Part shown: piece after piece, positions 18,420 to 27,363 of the stretch
Layout of the letters: the number at the start of each line of letters is the position of its first letter
Position numbering within the stretch: position 1 is the first letter of the stretch
DNA from: Alphaproteobacteria bacterium
Lineage (GTDB): Bacteria > Pseudomonadota > Alphaproteobacteria > JBFXJJ01
Reading direction: 5' to 3'
DNA length: 64,000 bases
NCBI GenBank assembly: GCA_050175015.1
Contig: JBFXJJ010000005.1
Span: 96,001 to 160,000 of the forward strand
The notes under the pieces: model-generated
Told to the model about the DNA's origin: nothing
The model's input: the letters and a program-made list of their open reading frames with translations, nothing else
The model's database searches: none
Program-made: the position numbers and the translations under genes

Positions 18420-20486
18420 TTAGAAGGGATAAAGTTCGGGTAAATCAGCATTTTTTTGTCGTTTATTATTTTGGGCTTTAAATTCATTATATGCTTTTTT
18501 AAATACGACAGAAAAATTGTGGCTATCCCATTCATAATTATTGCCATAAGCACAATCGGCTAAAATAACAACTTCGGCTTCCAACTCGATAGAAGACAAT
18601 CTGGCTGCAATTTCGTAAGGATTTTTAGGGGGATTATCTGACCACATCACCTCTCCCCATTCCACAAGAGATTTATAAACCAACTTGGCGTTGTTTTCTT
18701 GGCAATACTGCCAGATTTTAAGCGATGCCAAATTGTTATTTTTTATTCTTAACTTTTTTAAGACATAAAAAAACAGCAAAAGGAGAAGAACCAATAACGA
18801 TGATATAAAGCAGATAACAATTCCCTTTTTATCAATACGCTTAAATTTTGATGTTTTTTCTTCCTTTTTAATTTCCTCCGCCGTTTTTTCAATAATATTA
18901 ATAGTTCTTCCTGCAATAATTTCTTGGCTTTTTTCTTCGGTTTGCAAATTAAACCAATCAAGATATAAACCTGGTATTTTTTTTAAGCCTTCTTCATAAA
19001 AAAGATAAATAATGGTCTTAGTTTTTATGCCGATTATACCTCTCTTATCAAACGTATTCTGACTCTGATTGTGAGAAACATAAGTCTTTACGCCCTCAAT
19101 TTTATCAACTTCAAAATCAGGTAGCTGTTCGGCAGAAAGTCCTGATGCTCTAATCTCTATTGTTTGACGCAAGGCTTTTCCCTGCTCAAAATTATCATCT
19201 TTGCTATCCCAGTTAGAACTGACAGAAAGGCTATGTGCAGGCAGCCAATATTTTGCTTCAAGCGACTGAGGCTGAGGTTTAACATTGATTGTAATGTCGT
19301 TGCTGCTGATATTAACTATTTCTCTGTCATTTGTTATTGTTTTAACTGCTATGGACGGTATTTTTAAAATGCCGCTTTTTTGTGGAAAGATAACATATTT
19401 TTTAACTATCACGTTATAATTGGTATCATCAATTTTCTCTTGCGTATTAACGACATCACTAGTTGGATAAATTAAAAAATTATCCAAAACCGGTTCTTCA
19501 ATATTAACCTTATTAATGCCTAAAGCGTCATAAAATTTTACGGTCATTACAACCTGTTCTTGCAAATATGGCGTTTTATTATCAACATCAATACTAGCAA
19601 AAAGATTAGATTTATTTTGAACATTTGAGATATTATGGCTTTCATAAACCATAAAATCCCCGCCTTTAATCAACATTTTTTGAGGAGCATTATTCGCAAT
19701 ATTCCAATAGCCAACATAGGTTTCAGGAATTATGACCGCACCTGTTTTGTTGGGAAAGTAAGAATATACAAAATCTTTTACTGCCATTAAGGTGTTATTA
19801 AAATAAGTTGTTTTGATAACGCTTGAGGTTTTATTAACTGTAATGTTTTCAGGTTCAATGATATTGATATCATTAGGAATCTCTTCGGCGATAGTTCCAA
19901 GAGCAATCAGGCTTATGTTTCTGGTAACAACTTGATTTTCAAAGAAATGAGGCGGATTTTTCTCCCAACTATCGATTATTTCTAAATTTTTAAATAACGG
20001 CAGATTTTCTTTAACGGCAATTTCTGGCTTTGGTTGGACATTAATTGTTACTTCTCGGCTGGTAAGCTTAACTTTAATGTTGTTTTGAGAAATAAGCCCT
20101 TCAAAATAAGACGGCAATATGGTTATTTTCCCCGTTTTATTTGGAATAACAGCAAATTTTTGTTCAACTATGTTATAGTTTTTGCCATTGACCTTTTTTT
20201 TGGTCATTGTGGGACGGTTGGATAATTGGGCAATAAAATAACCGTTTTCTTGCGGCGGAAAACTTTGACCTGTAATAATGCCGACACTATCAATTATTCT
20301 GATTGTATAAATGGTTTCGGTCTTTAAGTATGGTTTTAAATTGTCAACTTCAACTTCAATAGAAACGCCAAAAGATGAGCTGTTATCATCGGTTTGAGAT
20401 AAAGCCTTTACATTTTGCAGCATAAGAAACACGGTGCAAAAACAAAAAAACTTTATTAAAAATCTAAAACTCATTATGCCCACCAT
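18420..20486 (-). CDS. BatD family protein
   Basis: Signal peptide, two similar beta-rich halves ('VD...PYL..Q....', 'P.K.G...IP'), C-terminal TM and 'LPELYP'; last gene of MoxR operon. Confidence 0.8.
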   Translation of the reverse strand: MVGIMSFRFLIKFFCFCTVFLMLQNVKALSQTDDNSSSFGVSIEVEVDNLKPYLKTETIYTIRIIDSVGIITGQSFPPQENGYFIAQLSNRPTMTKKKVNGKNYNIVEQKFAVIPNKTGKITILPSYFEGLISQNNIKVKLTSREVTINVQPKPEIAVKENLPLFKNLEIIDSWEKNPPHFFENQVVTRNISLIALGTIAEEIPNDINIIEPENITVNKTSSVIKTTYFNNTLMAVKDFVYSYFPNKTGAVIIPETYVGYWNIANNAPQKMLIKGGDFMVYESHNISNVQNKSNLFASIDVDNKTPYLQEQVVMTVKFYDALGINKVNIEEPVLDNFLIYPTSDVVNTQEKIDDTNYNVIVKKYVIFPQKSGILKIPSIAVKTITNDREIVNISSNDITINVKPQPQSLEAKYWLPAHSLSVSSNWDSKDDNFEQGKALRQTIEIRASGLSAEQLPDFEVDKIEGVKTYVSHNQSQNTFDKRGIIGIKTKTIIYLFYEEGLKKIPGLYLDWFNLQTEEKSQEIIAGRTINIIEKTAEEIKKEEKTSKFKRIDKKGIVICFISSLLVLLLLLFFYVLKKLRIKNNNLASLKIWQYCQENNAKLVYKSLVEWGEVMWSDNPPKNPYEIAARLSSIELEAEVVILADCAYGNNYEWDSHNFSVVFKKAYNEFKAQNNKRQKNADLPELYPF

Positions 20487-20491
20487 AAAAA

Positions 20492-22663
20492 TTATTGGTA
20501 TCGTTTCATAGAATGTATCATTTTTAATTTATGACGAAGCAATGCTTCAGGATCTTCTGGGATACGATTTAGAAGATTCTTGGAATTTTGTTCATCTTCT
20601 GACGGCGGTTTTTCTGATTCTTTATAGTTACCGCCTGTTTTGTTGGTATTATTATCACCTTTACCGCCCTTGCCTTCACCATCACTTTGGTTATTAGTAT
20701 CGCCCCCTGTGGAGTTGCTTAAATCTTGCTGCTTATCATTTTGACCGCTGTTTTGGTTGTTATTCGAATTGCTATCAGATTGATTGTTATTTTGACCATT
20801 GCCATTAGCATTATTGTTTTGGTCTGAAGAAGCGCCGCCCTTACTGTTCTTATTATCTTGATTAGAGCTGCCTCCAGATGTTGAGTTGTTACTATTATTG
20901 TTTGCTGAATTGCCGCCACCATTTGAATTATGATCGTTAGACTTGTTTTGCTCTTGGTCGTTATTATTATTTGATTGTTTCTGGTCATTATCAGAGTTAT
21001 TGCTGCCAGAACCGTTATTGTTATTATTGCTTCCGCCATCAGAATTATCGCTAGACCCGCCGCCAGATGCTCCGCCGTTGTCCGAGTTTCCGTTTCCGTT
21101 TCCATTATTATAGTTATTTTCAGAATTATTATCAGAGCTATTATCACCTGAGCTTGAGTTTCCTCCGTTGTTCCCATTTTCGCCTTGGTTTTGGTTATCT
21201 GATGACGAGTTTGAGCCGCCATTTCCCTTGTTATTGCCCCCATTAGCATCACCGCCGTTGCCGCTGTGTTTATCATCATTATTATTAGCAGAGCTGTTGT
21301 CTTTTCCGCCGTTCCCATTTTCGTCAGGATTAGTATCCTTAGATTGCGGCGGATTATCTTCTAAAAGCTTTTTGATAATATCACGATTAAAAATAGCATT
21401 GCTGTGGTTAGGATTTAATGAAATAACCTCATCATAGGCTGCAATAGCTTCTTCAAACTTTTGAGACCAAGCTAAGGCATTGCCTAAATTATAAAGATAT
21501 GTTTCATCGTGATTTTTAGAATATTCTAAGATGGCGTTATTGTAATCCTGAAGACGGTAAAAAGCTTTGCCTCTAAGTAATGGATTTTTTAAATAATCCA
21601 AACTGATACTGGCTTTACCCTCATCAATTAGTTTAATTCCAAGCTGTTCTTTAGAAAGTAATAAGGTTCTGTAATCAAAGGCATTAGCACTTTTGTTTAA
21701 GCCTAAAAAAGCAATAAAAACAACAACTCCAAGAAAATCTTTGCGAAACAGCGGTAATAAAGCAAGCAAAATGACTGGAATCAAGATATACCCGTTATCT
21801 TTTGATTTTGTTTCTTTAGTTGTTATCGCGTCTTTAACGCCTTTAAAAAACAAGAGCGTTTTTTTAGGACTTAATAGCTGTTCAATATCAATATTATCTT
21901 CGGCTTCGATAAATACCCCTCCGCCTAACATTGCCAATTTTTGCAATAGGCTGTGATCTTCTTTGCCTAAGGCTAATACTGATGTTATGCACCCTTTCCT
22001 ATATGAATCTTGAGCCGTATCAAGCATATCATCATCTGCGTCTGATGGGTTGTCCGTCAACAGTATAATATTTCCTGAAGATGCGTAGGATTGTTTTATG
22101 AGCTGGCAGCTAAAATCAATCGCCCTATCTATCTTTTTACCTTGCGAAGGCATAATGCTTGAGTGCAAAAGCGGTAGAAAATTCTTAATGATTTCATTAT
22201 CATCGGTAAGAGGTGTTATTGCATATGGTTCATCGGTAAAAATTACTAACGATTTTTCTTGATTGTTAAGTTTTTCTAAAATGTCGTTGAGTTTAAACCA
22301 AGCTTTGATTAAACGGCTAGGATTTTCATCGGTGGTATTCATACTAGAAGACATATCTAAGGCAATAACAGTGGGCGGTTCACTTCCCAAAAACTGCTCT
22401 CCTGTTTTTTGATATGAAAAGCCCGCAAGAGCTAAAATTAATAATATCCAAGCTGTTATAAGAAAAAAATTGATTTTAATATTTTCCTTAGTTCTTTTGG
22501 CTATCTGATGATTCAACAGATGTTTTTGGCACACTTTAAGCCAATTATTATGCTGTTTACTGGCATTTTTTATAAGTTTGGGAATAAAGAAAATAAGCCC
22601 TAAACCCAATAGCCAGTAAGGTCTGATAAACGATATTTCGGTAATATTTATAATATCTACCAT
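20492..22663 (-). CDS. VWA + TPR protein (BatB/C-like) with long Asn/Gly/Ser-rich linker
   Basis: 'F.RPYWL', MIDAS 'DMSSSM', TPR 'YNLGNALA....EEAIAAY', C-terminal 'L.RIPEDP..LLR'. Confidence 0.85.
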   Translation of the reverse strand: MVDIINITEISFIRPYWLLGLGLIFFIPKLIKNASKQHNNWLKVCQKHLLNHQIAKRTKENIKINFFLITAWILLILALAGFSYQKTGEQFLGSEPPTVIALDMSSSMNTTDENPSRLIKAWFKLNDILEKLNNQEKSLVIFTDEPYAITPLTDDNEIIKNFLPLLHSSIMPSQGKKIDRAIDFSCQLIKQSYASSGNIILLTDNPSDADDDMLDTAQDSYRKGCITSVLALGKEDHSLLQKLAMLGGGVFIEAEDNIDIEQLLSPKKTLLFFKGVKDAITTKETKSKDNGYILIPVILLALLPLFRKDFLGVVVFIAFLGLNKSANAFDYRTLLLSKEQLGIKLIDEGKASISLDYLKNPLLRGKAFYRLQDYNNAILEYSKNHDETYLYNLGNALAWSQKFEEAIAAYDEVISLNPNHSNAIFNRDIIKKLLEDNPPQSKDTNPDENGNGGKDNSSANNNDDKHSGNGGDANGGNNKGNGGSNSSSDNQNQGENGNNGGNSSSGDNSSDNNSENNYNNGNGNGNSDNGGASGGGSSDNSDGGSNNNNNGSGSNNSDNDQKQSNNNNDQEQNKSNDHNSNGGGNSANNNSNNSTSGGSSNQDNKNSKGGASSDQNNNANGNGQNNNQSDSNSNNNQNSGQNDKQQDLSNSTGGDTNNQSDGEGKGGKGDNNTNKTGGNYKESEKPPSEDEQNSKNLLNRIPEDPEALLRHKLKMIHSMKRYQ

Positions 22664-23673
22664 CTAGCTTGTTTCTCCCGAAAATAAAATGCTGCCGACA
22701 TTATTGATATAATTAAAGCTAAGGATAAGAAATAATGATAAATCTCAATTTTAGGTCTAATTATAAAATCGTCCTCATTGAGCGGTTCTAAGCTGTCTAT
22801 AATATTATAAACCTCAACAAGCTCTTCGGTAGTTTCTGCCTTGAAAAACGCTCCTCCCGTTTTAACGGCTATCTGCTTAAGTTCAGCTTCATCATAATAA
22901 TCATTTAAGTTATTAATTATAACGCCGTCTGGCGTTCTTAAGGTTTCTTTGTTTGACCCAAAACCAATAGTATAAACTTTAATCTTGCTCCTAACGGCTA
23001 AGCTTATTGCTTGTTCAACTGAAACATTGCCAATATTACTATGACCATCACTAAGCAAGATTATCGCTTTTTGTTTGCTGTCTCGTTCATAAAGATTTTT
23101 TACAGCAAGGGCTAGGGCGTCTCCTGTAGCGGTTTGCGGTCCTGCCATAGCAGGAAAAGCGCTAAAAAGCATTTCTTTAATAGTTTTTTTATCTAAAGTA
23201 AGCGGAACATATAAATAAGGTCTTGTTCCAAAAAGGATTAACCCTATTCTATCACTAATTCTGCGTTCAACAAAATCGCTGCTGATTTTTTGTGCGATTA
23301 AAAGTCTTTCGACATATTGTTCGTCAATCTTATAATCAGGAATAGACATACTGCCTGATATATCTAAAACCAGCATTAAATCACGTGATTTGTTATTTAA
23401 AATTTTAGGACTGCCGATAATACAGGGCCTAGCTCCCGCAACCACGATTAAGGACCATATTAGATACATCATAAAAATTATAATTTGATTAGGTCTTATT
23501 CGATACCTGCTGTAAACACCTTTTAAGTTTTTTACCTCATAAAAGAAAGGAACCTTCATTGCCTCACCTTTACCTTTATTAGATGAAGCCGAGAACAGCC
23601 TTATAACAAATGGTAAAGGCAGCAATATAAACATTTTATACCAGATAAAATCAATCATAAAAGCCTTATCCAT
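22657..23673 (-). CDS. VWA domain protein (BatA-like)
   Basis: 'LVLDISGSM', 'DRIGLILFG', 'TATGDAL', 'ILLSDG'. Confidence 0.9.
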   Translation of the reverse strand: MDKAFMIDFIWYKMFILLPLPFVIRLFSASSNKGKGEAMKVPFFYEVKNLKGVYSRYRIRPNQIIIFMMYLIWSLIVVAGARPCIIGSPKILNNKSRDLMLVLDISGSMSIPDYKIDEQYVERLLIAQKISSDFVERRISDRIGLILFGTRPYLYVPLTLDKKTIKEMLFSAFPAMAGPQTATGDALALAVKNLYERDSKQKAIILLSDGHSNIGNVSVEQAISLAVRSKIKVYTIGFGSNKETLRTPDGVIINNLNDYYDEAELKQIAVKTGGAFFKAETTEELVEVYNIIDSLEPLNEDDFIIRPKIEIYHYFLSLALIISIMSAAFYFREKQARW

Positions 23674-24188
23674 TCTTTAACAAATACATTAATATTGTTT
23701 ATACAATCTTTTGTTTTATCGTCTTTTTTTGGTTTTAAATATCCTGCGCAGCTTATTAATAAAACAATGTTTTTATCTAGGTTTTTAACCTTGCTGCGGC
23801 TTAAGATAAAATCACCCCATTTTTTTTCATACAATAAGGCAACTTCACCTTTTCCAAAGGCAACAATAGCAACCCGTTTGAGCAAAATAGAAATCTCACT
23901 TGCAAACGGTGCTATTTCCTCATCATATTGATGTTTTTCAAATAATTTTTCTAACCGTTGAAGCGCAATTCTTTTAGCCCGCCCCAGCCGTCCTTGATAG
24001 CAAAAAAAATTCCGCCATAGCCACATAAAGATTAATATAAATAAAACCAAAACAGGAAGATACCAAATTGGGGCTAAAGGAAAAAATGAAGCATCATCAG
24101 AAAAGTGAATATCTTTTAGTTGAATTAGACTATCAAATATTTTTTTATCCATATTATCTGGAATATCAATAGGGTAATTTTCAATCAT
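23655..24188 (-). CDS. DUF4381 family protein
   Basis: 'QLKDIH......FPLAP.W' motif, TM, 'LLKRVA'; position in operon. Confidence 0.8.
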   Translation of the reverse strand: MIENYPIDIPDNMDKKIFDSLIQLKDIHFSDDASFFPLAPIWYLPVLVLFILIFMWLWRNFFCYQGRLGRAKRIALQRLEKLFEKHQYDEEIAPFASEISILLKRVAIVAFGKGEVALLYEKKWGDFILSRSKVKNLDKNIVLLISCAGYLKPKKDDKTKDCINNINVFVKEWIRLL

Positions 24189-25261
24189 AAAGATGCCTTC
24201 AGTCTATTGTCATAATGCCCAGAAGATACAATAGAAACCGAATTTCTTTTTTGAGTATATAAACTAGAATAAAGTTCTGCCGCTAAATCATCATCGGTCC
24301 TGATTGTGATAAAACTAATACGATATTTATTGCAGAAAAGTCTTATCTTCTGTTCCTTATCACTAAACAATTTCACATAAGCTTGGCGCCAGTTTTCGTC
24401 ATCAGCCCGCATCAAAGCGATGTTTTTACCATCAGAAATACGGTAAACGCCATAAGGTGGCGGCTCTTTTTCTAAAATATCATAAACCTTAATGCAAACA
24501 ACATCACAGTGCGCCTTCAAATACAATAATTGCTTCTCAACATCTTCATTATAATCTGAAAAATCGCTGATAACAAAAACAAGGCTTCCTGATATGGCAT
24601 TTTTTTTAATTTCTGCCAAGCTTTTAGATAAGCTGGCTGTAGATTTGGCATTGCTATCCAGCGAACCTTCGACTATAGCATTAAAAAGCCCCATAAGCCT
24701 TTTTCTACTGCGGTGCGCTTTAATCATAACGGCTTTTGAAGCGGATAAAACCAGCCCTCCAATACGATCGTGGTTTTCTAAAGCCGACCAGCCTATAATC
24801 GCACTTATTTTAGACGCTATAACTGACTTAAATGCGGTTCTGGTTGCGAAACGCATTTGTGGTCTTAAATCAGTTAAGACTAAAACCATACGTTCGCGCT
24901 CTTCGTGAAAAACCTTAGTATGAGCTTGCCCCGTCTTGGCTGTAATACGCCAGTCTATGCATCGAATGTCATCGCCTTCCTGATAGATGCGGACTTCATC
25001 AAACTCCATTCCTCGACCACGAAACGGCGATCTATAAGCTCCCGAGCCATATGTTCCAACTTTTTTGGTTGGCTTATTTAAAATGTTTTTGCCATTTAAG
25101 CGAACGGCAAGCAATTCATCTATCGTTACAGCGATACCTTGCTTATTATTGTTTTTACTTGATTTATGATACAAAAGTCCTTTTTCAGTTTTTAATATCT
25201 TTAAGAGTTTATCAAAAACTGTTTTAAATGATTTTGTTTGTTTTTTCAGCTTCTTAACCAT
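24185..25261 (-). CDS. DUF58 family protein
   Basis: 'GRGMEFDEVR.YQ.GDDIR.IDWR.TA', 'K.F.EERE', 'ISDF'. Confidence 0.92.
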   Translation of the reverse strand: MVKKLKKQTKSFKTVFDKLLKILKTEKGLLYHKSSKNNNKQGIAVTIDELLAVRLNGKNILNKPTKKVGTYGSGAYRSPFRGRGMEFDEVRIYQEGDDIRCIDWRITAKTGQAHTKVFHEERERMVLVLTDLRPQMRFATRTAFKSVIASKISAIIGWSALENHDRIGGLVLSASKAVMIKAHRSRKRLMGLFNAIVEGSLDSNAKSTASLSKSLAEIKKNAISGSLVFVISDFSDYNEDVEKQLLYLKAHCDVVCIKVYDILEKEPPPYGVYRISDGKNIALMRADDENWRQAYVKLFSDKEQKIRLFCNKYRISFITIRTDDDLAAELYSSLYTQKRNSVSIVSSGHYDNRLKASL

Positions 25262-25279
25262 AAATCATTAGAACCTACT

Positions 25280-26269
25280 TTAAGGAAGCGGAACTCTGTT
25301 TAACAAAACATCAATAAAGCTGTCAGGTGTAACCCCTTCAGCCTCAGCTTCAAAAGTCAATAATATTCTATGCCTTAAGGCATCGTGAACAACAGCGTGA
25401 ACATCTTCAGGAGAAACAAAATCTTTTCCCAGCAGCCAAGCTCTTGCTCTAGCTGTACGGTCTATTGCAATCGTTCCTCGAGGTGATGCTCCATAGTTAA
25501 TCCATCTTGCCAATTTATCGCCATATGGCGCTGGATTTCTTGTCGCTACAACTAGCTGCACGATATATTCTTCTAAGGCCGGAGCCATATGTATTTCTAA
25601 AGCCGCATCTCTCGCATTAAAAATTGTTTCTTGAGGAATTTTTAAGAAAACGGGAGGCGGAACTTTTTTGGCTTCATCTCTGACAAGACTTAATATTTTT
25701 CTTTCAGATTCAACATCAGGCTGTCCTATTTTTACATATAAAAGAAAACGGTCTAATTGAGCCTCAGGCAAAGGATATGTCCCTTCCTGTTCAATAGGAT
25801 TTTGGGTTGCCATAACCATAAAAAGACGAGGTAATTTATATGTTTTATTGCCAACTGTGGCTTGTCTTTCTGCCATTGCTTCTAAAAGTGCCGACTGCAC
25901 TTTTGCAGGTGAACGGTTAATTTCATCGGCTAAAATAAGATTATTAAAAATAGGCCCTTGCCTAAACACGAATTCACTAGTTTCTGGTTTAAAAATATCA
26001 CTGCCTGTAATATCGGCGGGAAGCAAATCAGGTGTGAATTGGATACGGCATGACTTACCTTCAATTACATCACTAAGCTCTTTTATCGCTTTTGTTTTAG
26101 CAAGTCCAGGAGCGCCTTCCACTAGCAAATGACCATCTGCAATTAAGGATATAATGATTTTTTCAACTAAATCATTCTGCCCAATAATTCTGGTTTTCAT
26201 ATATTCTAAAAGTCGAGATATGTCTTTTTGGGCTTTTTGAAATTTTTCATTATTCTGAGACATTTCCAT
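25280..26269 (-). CDS. moxR: MoxR family AAA+ ATPase
   Basis: 'EGAPGLAKT', 'RIQFTPDLLPADITG', 'ADEINR', 'ATQNPIEQEGTYPLPEAQLDRF'. Confidence 0.96.
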   Translation of the reverse strand: MEMSQNNEKFQKAQKDISRLLEYMKTRIIGQNDLVEKIIISLIADGHLLVEGAPGLAKTKAIKELSDVIEGKSCRIQFTPDLLPADITGSDIFKPETSEFVFRQGPIFNNLILADEINRSPAKVQSALLEAMAERQATVGNKTYKLPRLFMVMATQNPIEQEGTYPLPEAQLDRFLLYVKIGQPDVESERKILSLVRDEAKKVPPPVFLKIPQETIFNARDAALEIHMAPALEEYIVQLVVATRNPAPYGDKLARWINYGASPRGTIAIDRTARARAWLLGKDFVSPEDVHAVVHDALRHRILLTFEAEAEGVTPDSFIDVLLNRVPLP

Positions 26270-26279
26270 TTTTTATTTC

Positions 26280-27221
26280 CTAACCAATTTTCCTTATCAA
26301 AAGTTCATCAAGTTCTTTTTCTGCTTTTAATCTCATTTCTTCCAAATGGGTAATTTTTAAAAGATTGATAGCTTTGCGGTAATTTTTAATCGCTTTTTCG
26401 AAAGGATTATCAATATTATCTCTGTCGGCAGCTTCTGCCCGTGCTAAATGAAGCATAGCCTCAGCTTGTCCCATAGGATTTGATGCTTTCTCAAAAAGAT
26501 ATACAGCTTTAGCTAAAGCTTTTTTGGAGTTTCTAATATCGCCGATGGAACGCCTTAAGATACCTATACCTGTAAGCGAGCTTGCTTCGCCAATTAAATC
26601 GCCGTTTTCCCTAAACAAAACAACGCTTTTTTCTAAGACATCGTGAGCAATATCATTTTTCTTCAAAAGCATACAAATTCTAGCCATTGCAAGCAATGCT
26701 AAAGCTTCATTTAAGGTGTTGCCGCCCTTATGATAATAATTAGCCGATTTCTTGTATTCGTCCATGGCACTATCTTCCTGCCCTGCTCGTAAAGATATCG
26801 ATGCTCTTAAATCATAGCCTTTTGCTATTCCGATATAATTTGTCTCTTGTTTAAAAATTTCGATTGCAGATAAAACAGCATCTTTCGCTTTTGTTATATC
26901 TTCGGCTTCGATAGCCGTTTCGCACAATTTTAGTAAGATATCACCTCTGGCATTATTATGTTCTGCATCATTTAAAATATTTTTAGCATATTCATAAAGT
27001 TCTGATGCTCTAGATAGATTTTTCTGTGCAAATTCAACATCAGCACACCTTACTATAGCCTCAGCTTCACCGAAAGTATCACCGTTATCTTTATATAGTT
27101 TTGCCGCCATATTAAAAGCTTCTTTGGCTTGTTCAAGTTCATCTTTGTTAAACAAGTCTTCGCCTTCATTGGCGATTCTAGCTGCTTTTGTTACATAGTT
27201 GCCATCTAAAGTTCTAGGCAT
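26280..27221 (-). CDS. Tetratricopeptide-repeat protein
   Basis: Repeating ~40-aa helical units 'A...Y/F...GD..GEA'. Confidence 0.8.
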   Translation of the reverse strand: MPRTLDGNYVTKAARIANEGEDLFNKDELEQAKEAFNMAAKLYKDNGDTFGEAEAIVRCADVEFAQKNLSRASELYEYAKNILNDAEHNNARGDILLKLCETAIEAEDITKAKDAVLSAIEIFKQETNYIGIAKGYDLRASISLRAGQEDSAMDEYKKSANYYHKGGNTLNEALALLAMARICMLLKKNDIAHDVLEKSVVLFRENGDLIGEASSLTGIGILRRSIGDIRNSKKALAKAVYLFEKASNPMGQAEAMLHLARAEAADRDNIDNPFEKAIKNYRKAINLLKITHLEEMRLKAEKELDELLIRKIG

Positions 27222-27363
27222 TGTAAAAAAACTCCCCTTATTTATTATTTTCCCTTTGTACCTTAATATAGTATATTAATAATACTTTTGCTAGAGTTTG
27301 TAGCAATCTTGTTTTAAGATAGGAATTCCTAAAAAAGTTTTAACAAATGTGGTAATCACTTAA

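Noticed and set aside
20719-21318. 199-aa alternative-frame ORF
   Set aside because: Shadow frame of the AAT/AAC-rich low-complexity segment of the VWA-TPR gene.
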